In this document: positions 55,961 to 64,000 of the stretch, piece by piece | How the letters are laid out: the number at the start of each line of letters is the position of its first letter | How positions within the stretch are numbered: the stretch's first letter is position 1 | Source: Eledone cirrhosa | Lineage: Eukaryota | NCBI GenBank assembly: GCA_964016885.1 | Contig: OZ024747.1 | Span: 47,368,001-47,432,000 of the forward strand | Reading direction: 5' to 3' | Length of the DNA stretch: 64,000 bases | Program-made: the position numbers and the translations under genes | The notes under the pieces: generated by a model | Databases searched by the model: none | What the model saw: the letters and a program-made list of their open reading frames with translations, nothing else | Told to the model about the DNA's origin: nothing

Positions 55961-56382
55961 TAGATAATCTACTATGTTATGTCTGCGTCAGTGCATTTGT
56001 GTTTCTGTCTGGATGTATGTATATGTAAGTGTGTGTGTGAGTGTGAGTGTGAGTGCGTGTATATATGTGCACATGTGTGGATGTGAGTGTGTGAACGAGA
56101 GAGAGATAACGTGTTTATATGACGAAGGTTATATATAGCTGCTCAGACATATTATCTGTACTTATGTTCTCGCTCTCACTAACCTCTGTCTGGTTCTCTC
56201 TTCTATAAACACGTGTGTGGATACGATATTTATGTACATACACATCCATACACACATACACACACACACATATATATATATAAGGAACGATCGACTTTCG
56301 TCAAATCGGACCGAGGGAACAATGTTTCCGTTGGTCTTTCCAATTGCTAATACTATCTATCGGTCGCAACTCCAGGTAGAAG

Positions 56383-56500
56383 GAGCAACGTGAAATAAAG
56401 TGTCTTGCTCAAGGACATAACGCATCGCCTGGTCCAGGAATCGAACTCACAACCTTACGATTGCGAATCCAGTTCTCTAATCACTCAGCCACACGCCTTC
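56383..56500 (-). mobile_element. Head of a third tRNA-derived SINE (V-domain-like)
   Basis: Minus strand GTGGCTGAGTGATT (A-box), GAGTTCGATTCC (B-box), then GTCCTTGAGCAAGACACTTTATTTCAC. Confidence 0.65.
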
Positions 56501-56502
56501 AC

Positions 56503-56547
<45 letters not shown>

Positions 56548-56706
56548 GAGAGAGAGAGAGAGAGATGATGATGATGTTGATGATGATGATGATGATGGTA
56601 AGAGAAAGACCTATACATACATATATATGTATAGGAAAAAGTCGGGTTAAGATGTTACCATACATTGAGCGGCGGAACGGGGAGGGGGAGAGAAAGGATA
56701 TATATA

Positions 56707-56737
<31 letters not shown>

Positions 56738-56738
56738 G

Positions 56739-56793
<55 letters not shown>

Positions 56794-57007
56794 GTATGTA
56801 TACGTACATACATATATGTGTACAGGCGTACAGTAGTATGTATATATATATATATATACATACATGTACACATATATATATAAATGTACGTATGGGTTTA
56901 CCGAACATTTATTATAATGCTCGGTTTGTTTGTAAACAAACAGCCCGAATTACGCCGTACAGTGCTCGGCAACCATCGTCGCCCTTTTGTTCAACACTGA
57001 CAAAAGA

Positions 57008-57050
57008 ACGATGTACTAGTTTCAAGCTTATTAGCTATCGTCAGCATCGT
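57008..57050 (-). ncRNA. Minimal hammerhead ribozyme, family E, in a TA-flanked cassette of about 56790-57200
   Basis: Minus strand ACGATG-CTGACGA-TAGCT AATA AGCTT-GAAA-CTAG-TA-CATCGT; perfect 6-bp stem I. Confidence 0.85.
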
Positions 57051-57223
57051 ATGCCTTCCTGTCAGATGGTTGAACGTCTGAAAGTATATACTTTCCCTAT
57101 GCATATTAACGGCTGAGCAGCCTAATTTGCATATCGAGTGAGTTAGTCGGCCAGGCATACCGAAAACGATAAATGGAAAAGAATGAAACGAAATTTCATT
57201 TCATATATATATATATGTATGTT

Positions 57224-57321
<98 letters not shown>

Positions 57322-57334
57322 ACTCATATAGATA

Positions 57335-58098
57335 TATTTCTTTATTAGCCACAAGGGCACACAAGAAAAGGGGACAATAGAAAGACATGCCGGGGATTTT
57401 ACATACAGTCGTGTAAAAAATATAAAAACAGACAATTACAACAATCGAGATCCCCAATAGGGGGGGAGACGCCACAAATGGGTTGTTTAATACCCCGTCG
57501 ATAGAACAACCCTCAACTCCAGGAGCGTGTTGTGCAAGTGCTCCTTTCTTCCTTTTGCTCTCTTCCTCAACCTACAGGCTTATAAACAGAGAAGGCCCAA
57601 TCACTCGGGCCATTTTCGCTTCATTCACCCACCTTTCAGTAAATTTACTGGGGTGCAGTGCCTCTCTCTCTCTCCATCCTGATTCTCCTTCTAAAGTGAT
57701 ACTTAAAGAAGGGAATCAATTGTTGTCCGGAGAGAAAGGCATCTGTCCTCAGTCCTCTCAACCTCGTCCACCATATAACTTCTTTCACCATAGCCACCGT
57801 ACAGAGGAAAACCGCCTCTCTTTCGTTTTTGAAAGAGGCTGGCGGTTTGATCCTTACTATGGACTCGGCAGTCAACTGGATTTGTCCCATACGCGACAGC
57901 AGTTGTTCTGCATAGTTCCACAGGTCGGTTACGCCCGGGCAGTGTACAATTGCGTGCAGGACTGTTTCAATGTCCTGCGCGCATCTTGGACACGTCCTCT
58001 TGGAAGGATCCCTGCCGGGGCGTCCGTGCCTGTAGATCTTGTCACGAACCGGTAGAGCTCCTCGGTAGCACTGCCAGGCCAGGGACCTCTGGAAGTTG
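57335..58098 (-). mobile_element. 5'-truncated Tx1/L1-like element with 16-bp TSD
   Basis: TSD TCAACTCATATAGATA at 57319-57334 and 58099-58114; CPRCAQDIETVLHAIVHC finger and KEVIWWTR motif. Confidence 0.82.
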
Positions 58099-58133
58099 TC
58101 AACTCATATAGATAAAAAGATAGATAGATATAC

Positions 58134-58207
<74 letters not shown>

Positions 58208-58450
58208 GTATATAAATATGCATGCATATGTGTATGTATATCTATGCATGTATGTATATCCGCTTGTGTATGCATGTAAATATATACATATACACACACA
58301 CAGGTATGTACATATGAATTGTCACATTTAAATACTATATACACATACATACATACATACATACATACATACATACATACATACATACATACATACATAC
58401 ATACATACATACATACATGCATACATACATACATACATACATACATACAT

Positions 58451-58553
58451 CAAAGAATAAACACTTACACAAGAGATGACAATTTTCTTTCTTTACAACC
58501 TTGCCACCGGGAAGGTGGCCGGTCAAAAATATATTCAAAATGAAAAGAAAGAA
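58451..58553 (+). mobile_element. Isolated 3'-UTR copy of the downstream R4/Dong-like family, inside (CATA)n
   Basis: GATGACAATTTTCTTTCTTTACAACCTTGCCACCGGGAAGGTGGCCGGTCAAAAA matches 60568-60625. Confidence 0.8.
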
Positions 58554-58824
58554 TATACATACATACACACACACATACATACTTACATACGCACATACAT
58601 ACATACATACATACATACATACATACATACATACATACATACATACATACTTACATACACACACACATACATACACACATACATACATACACACATACAC
58701 ACACACACATACATACACACACACATACATACATACACACATACATACACACATACATTACATACATACACACATCTCACACATACATACTCACATACAC
58801 ACATACACACATACATACATACAT

Positions 58825-60653
58825 GCTGTTGAACGCCTGACCAAGAACTGGTACACCAATTTGATCCTTAGAGGTGAGAAGGAGCAGGTTAAGACTGATA
58901 GGATACATTACCAGAAGGGCATCTTTCAGGGTGATAGCTTGTCAGTACTACTCTTTGTTCTCTCACTGAATCCACTATCTTACCTACTCAGGAAACAAGG
59001 TGGACAAAGAAGTGGGCCCAGAAGTATCTCCCATCTTTTCTTTGTTGATGACCTGAAGTTGTATGGGCCAAATATCAATGACATCAAGAAACAATTGGAC
59101 TTCATTACACAATTTTCAACCGACATCAAAATGAAATTTGGTGAGTCCAAGTGTGCATATTTGGCAGTAAAACGTGGAAGAGCTGTGCCCTCCTCTAGAA
59201 ATCTAGATATGAACGGCCTGACAATACAACCTCTGCAGTCAGGTGACAACTACAGATATCTTGGACAGGATGAGAATGTCAGATATGATGGACCCATAAA
59301 TAAGGAGAGAACCAGAACTGAATACCTCAGAAGAGTAAAAAAAATATGGTCATCAGAACTGTCAGCATACAACAAATACATTGCCCACAATACCTATGCT
59401 GTGCCAATTCTAACGCCAACATTTGGCCTACTGAACTGGTCATTGCAAGAACTAAGTGAGATGGATGTTAGAACTCGAAAACTTCTCAGTGTTACTGGGA
59501 ACTTTAACATCAATGGTGATGTGGATAGGCTATACTTCTCACGCAAGGAAGGTGGCCGGGGTCTAAAATCAATATTAACAACATATGAGACCCGGATAGT
59601 AACACTGAAGCAACACCTTCAACAGAGGAAAAAGGTTGGCGACCATCTTGCTCAGGTTTATGAGCATGAAAAAAGAAATATCATTAGAATAGCGACTGAT
59701 CTGGAGGAGAGATATGGAATAAAGCCTGATATAAATCTCTCACCCAGAGAAATCGGAAGATCCTATTCAATGTTCAAACAAGAAAAAAAATTGACCAATT
59801 TACAGAGAAAGTTGTGCATGGATACTTGAGGCGTAAAACACAGACCATAGAGGGGATAAACCACTCAAAAAGCCTGGCATGGAGTTCCGACAAGTTTGTG
59901 ACATCACACCTTGAGGGATATCTCTATGCAATACAGGAACAAGAACTCCCTACCAAATATCTGCTGCACAAAAGAGGAGGGCCAGCAGCTGACAATAAAT
60001 GTAGGCTATGTAAAACAAAGATCGATGATGTAAGCCACATTGTTGCCAGCTGCGAAAGAATGTCATCTCGCTACTACCTCCCCATGAGACACGATGGGAT
60101 AGCTAGAACTATCTGGAACGCACTTCGGAAAACAAAATTAACAACAAACGAGGAAGAATATATTGAGACAGATGGCACTAAGGAATACTGGTGGAACCTG
60201 AAAATAAAAACTGCCACCAAATTAAAGCACAACCGGCCTGATATTGTAGTTTGGGACCACACATTGAAAACGTGTTCTGTTGTGGAGATCAGCTGCCCAC
60301 TTGATGTAAACGTTGTCAGAAAAATACAGGAGAATGAGGACATCTACGGACCATTGATGAGGAGCTTACAAATCCAGTATCCAAGATACACCTTTAGCTT
60401 CATACCCATCATTGTTGGTGCTACGGGTTATATACCAACCCGCTTGGACCAAAGTATGACCGAACTTGGATTTGCGGACAAAAAGCGCAGCTCCCTAATT
60501 CATAGTCTACAAATGGCTGCGATAGCTGGCACCTTCAAAATATGCAAAACATTCTTGCGATTCAAGGGATGACAATTTCTTTTCTTTTACAACCTTGCCA
60601 CCAGGAAGGTGGCCGGTCAAAAAAATATACTCGAAATTAAGAGAAAGAGAAAA
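58825..60653 (+). mobile_element. 5'-truncated R4/Dong-like non-LTR retrotransposon (RT C-half, CCHC finger, RLE), one frameshift near 59815
   Basis: GIFQGDSLSVLLF, HLFFVDDLKL, DRLYFSRKEGGRGL, CRLC...HIVASC...RHD, HNRPDIVVWD...VEISCP; (CATA)/(CA) repeats on both sides. Confidence 0.9.
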
Positions 60654-60781
60654 CATACATACATACACACACACACATACATACACACATACATACACGC
60701 ATACACACATACATACATACATACATACATACATACATACATACATACATACATACATACATACATACATACATACATACA

Positions 60782-60813
<32 letters not shown>

Positions 60814-62401
60814 ATTTTGCATTTGAAATATGCCAAATCTAATGCTTGGACATTTTATATTTTAGATAGTTACTCTCAAGTTCAATAAGAGAAGACATTA
60901 AGTGTAAGAATCTAAACACGGATGAAAGGATAGAAAAAATAAATAAGATAAAATATCACTAAAGAAAAAAAGATATTTTGTCTTTCAAGAAAACAGAAAT
61001 AGAAAATGCACACAAAATAAATTATAAATATAAATACACAAACATACACATATATTCTTATATGTGAGTGTGTCTGTGTGTTTGTGTGTGTGTATGAATG
61101 TGTATGTATGTATGTATTATGTATGTATGTATGTATGTGTGTATGTATGTACGTATGTATGTATGTATGAATGTATTATGTATGTATGTATTTATTATGT
61201 ATGTATGTATTATGTATGTATATATGTATTATGTATATATGTATGTATGTATGAATGTATGTATGTATGAATGTATGTATGTATGTATGTATGTATGTGT
61301 GTATTATGTATGTATGTGTGTATCTATATATGTATTATGTATATATGTATGTATGAATGTATTATGTATGTATGTATTATGTATTATGTATGTATGTATG
61401 TATGTATGTATGTATGTATGTATGTATGTATGTATGTATGTATTATGTATGTACGTATAAGTATAACGAACGGTGGTAATTTTAGAAAATCGGAAAGAAG
61501 AAACGATTAAAATATATGAGCGATAGCAAAGAAATATAGAATTTATTAAGAAAAAAAAAAGATGAAAATACAAGACTAGCAAAAGAATCAGAATATTAAA
61601 ATGTAAAAATTGAATAAAAAAAAGAAATAAAGAGGAGAAAAAAAGAAATAAAGAATTGAATAAAATGAAAATAAAACATGTACAATCACAATAAAAATAG
61701 AAACAAAAGAATGAAAATGACGAAAAATAATCAAAATATTGCTTGAAAATAGATAAAAATTTACTTGAATGTAACGGTGAAATGAAACAAAAAATGGCGG
61801 CGATTATATTTATTTATACAGTCTTAAATATTTTGCTTAAATGAGCAGCAGACAACAGAAATAGGGAGAAATGACCCGCCATACTTGTAGCAGATTAGGT
61901 AATAGATTTAGATACATCTTTGTTTGTTTAGTTATTTATTTATTTAATTCGGTGCTTTATTTGTTTATTTTATGTTGTATTTTTTGTTGTATTTTTAAAC
62001 ATATAGGTTTACAATTTGATTTATTAGTAGTATTCTGTTGAAATATATATTTTCGTTGTTATTGTTGTTGTTGCCATTAGTGCTGGTGTTGTTATTTTCT
62101 TGTCTTGTTTCACTGTTTTTATAATATTACATCACTTGAGGTCAATCATCCATCTCATTTCATCATTATTTGCGAGTAAACAAAACTAAATATTGTATAT
62201 ATATATATATGTGTGTGTGTAGATATATATGTATATATATGCATGTATGTAGATATATATTCATGTGCATATCTACATACATACATAAACGTCTGTATGT
62301 ATATATATATGTGTACGTACATACATACATACATACATACATACATACATACATACATACATACATACATACATACATACATACATACATACATACATAC
62401 A

Positions 62402-62432
<31 letters not shown>

Positions 62433-62714
62433 TGCATAGCGCTGGAAAATCGTATTGGTGATGAATATGACGGTCCAATGCTTCGGACGGAAGATTTTAA
62501 ACGATAGATAAATAAATTTATAAATAAACAAAAATAATGAAGAAATAAAATCATCATCATAAGGTAAATCATAAAATCCGCTTTGTGCTGATGTTGCTGA
62601 AACGAACTGGAAAACAAAAGTTTTCTGAGCTGTATATAAAAACACTCACGCTATTATATAAATTTATAATATTTCACACAAGGTTTTTAATCGGGAATCT
62701 GAATATGGGTACTT

Positions 62715-63530
62715 GATCTTTGTGAAATAGCAGCGAAACTAGCTTCAAATCATTTTCTGCCGTCTTAAAAAATATTTTTGGAATAAAGATCTGGTAGGTT
62801 AACACTGACTAAATAACAGCAACAATATTGATTTCTTTTAAGTCACATCAATAATATTTGAATAATACAAAACCACATTGTGGATGGTTATCAAGAAATG
62901 AGGCGACGAGCGAACGAGAGAGCCTTAGAGTTATTGTTTGACCTGCTAGAAATGGCCACCAAATCTCATTCAAGCTCGTGTGCTAATGTATTCGACAGGA
63001 GACTATTCTAATGTTTTAGAGCTGACCTGAATGAAGCGGCTAAGCAAAGATAAATTACAACATATCAACAATAACGATAAGCAGTCGCCAAAGTAGCTTC
63101 TACGTGATCGCTTAAACTGGTAAAAATAGCAGTCAAATCTCCATTGAATCATCACACCCTTCATTATTAAAGTAAAGACACGTTGGGTAACGTGGTCCTG
63201 TGTTCACTTCACATAGGGAAAATGACAGAATGTTCAGGGCTAGAATGTCTTTTATCATAGATCTTCTCTATCAGGGTTGACTGAGGGTTAAACAACATAA
63301 CAACAACAAGACACCAATGATGGCACCTCTACGTGATAACTGGACCTGCTATAAATTGTAGCTAAATCTTCAAATCCCACACCTTATTTCCTTAAGAAAA
63401 GAACGTTGGACAATATACTATTTAATGTATATACAAAAGACATCATGACGTCACGGTCATGGCTGAAATACTTGTGATTCTTGATAGATCTGCTTAATCG
63501 GTGCTGACCCAGGGTTAAATATCATCAACA
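62715..63530 (+). repeat. Four tandem, highly diverged copies of an old dispersed repeat of about 200 bp (also about 11335-11400, 41775-41955 and 44630-44680)
   Basis: Recurrent GACCT(G/A)CTAGAAAT.GC.(G/A)C.AAATCT...CACACC...TCTTAA and ATAGATCT...GCTGACC..GGG.TAAA.AAC motifs. Confidence 0.6.
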
Positions 63531-63827
63531 AATCATCAGTTCCCAGATAAGAAGATGTCTTCATTGGTCAAGTGACATATATTTCAAACTACCCCCACTT
63601 TACTGTTTGGTGCTTTTAACATTATATTTATGTCAATCTGGACTTAATTGTCTCTACTTATATTAACATTCTAATGAATAACACTTTGATTTAAACCGCT
63701 CCTAACAGATATTCAATATTCTTTTCAGACTGCTTCAAACCCGATCTTAATAAGCTGTCTTAAATTTCATTCAAACGCTTATTCAATGCCAAATCAATCG
63801 CCAACTCCCCACTCATTCACTCCCTCT

Positions 63828-63886
<59 letters not shown>

Positions 63887-64000
63887 TCTCTCTCTCTCTC
63901 TCTTTCTTTCTCTCTCTCTTTCTCTCCCTTACCCTCTCTAATCTGCGCAGCTGTCAGACAGACTATCTGACCCATATCTTTAGATGTGGCGGTGTTACTC

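Noticed and set aside
61791-61802. YY1-like AAAATGGCGGC as a promoter
   Set aside because: Isolated motif with no adjacent strong donor or ORF support.

Overview
AT-rich, repeat-saturated eukaryotic DNA with no intact host protein-coding gene that I can support. The SINE and microsatellite landscape suggests an octopod cephalopod (inference, not verified). Contents: about 25 copies or fragments of one tRNA-headed SINE with a Nin-like central domain; a near-full-length but disrupted R4/Dong-type (RT + RLE) non-LTR retrotransposon plus three 3' fragments in (TAA)n; a second, 5'-truncated R4/Dong-type element in (CATA)n; Tx1/L1-type remnants, mostly at (GATA)n; RTE and CRE fragments; two non-autonomous Helitron-like elements; a hAT-like MITE; a 103-unit 45-bp satellite built from the SINE head; and a 60-bp satellite that is mostly palindrome. 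The main signal not shown by the ORF track is a set of about 16 minimal type-I hammerhead ribozyme (HHR) motifs from at least 6 sequence families. They sit in short non-coding cassettes in or near (TA)n tracts, and several cassettes are folded back into 350-380 bp palindromes with an HHR on each strand. This matches non-autonomous Penelope-like pLTR remnants. All structures were read by eye; no folding or database search was run. Almost all long ORFs in the track are repeat artefacts.
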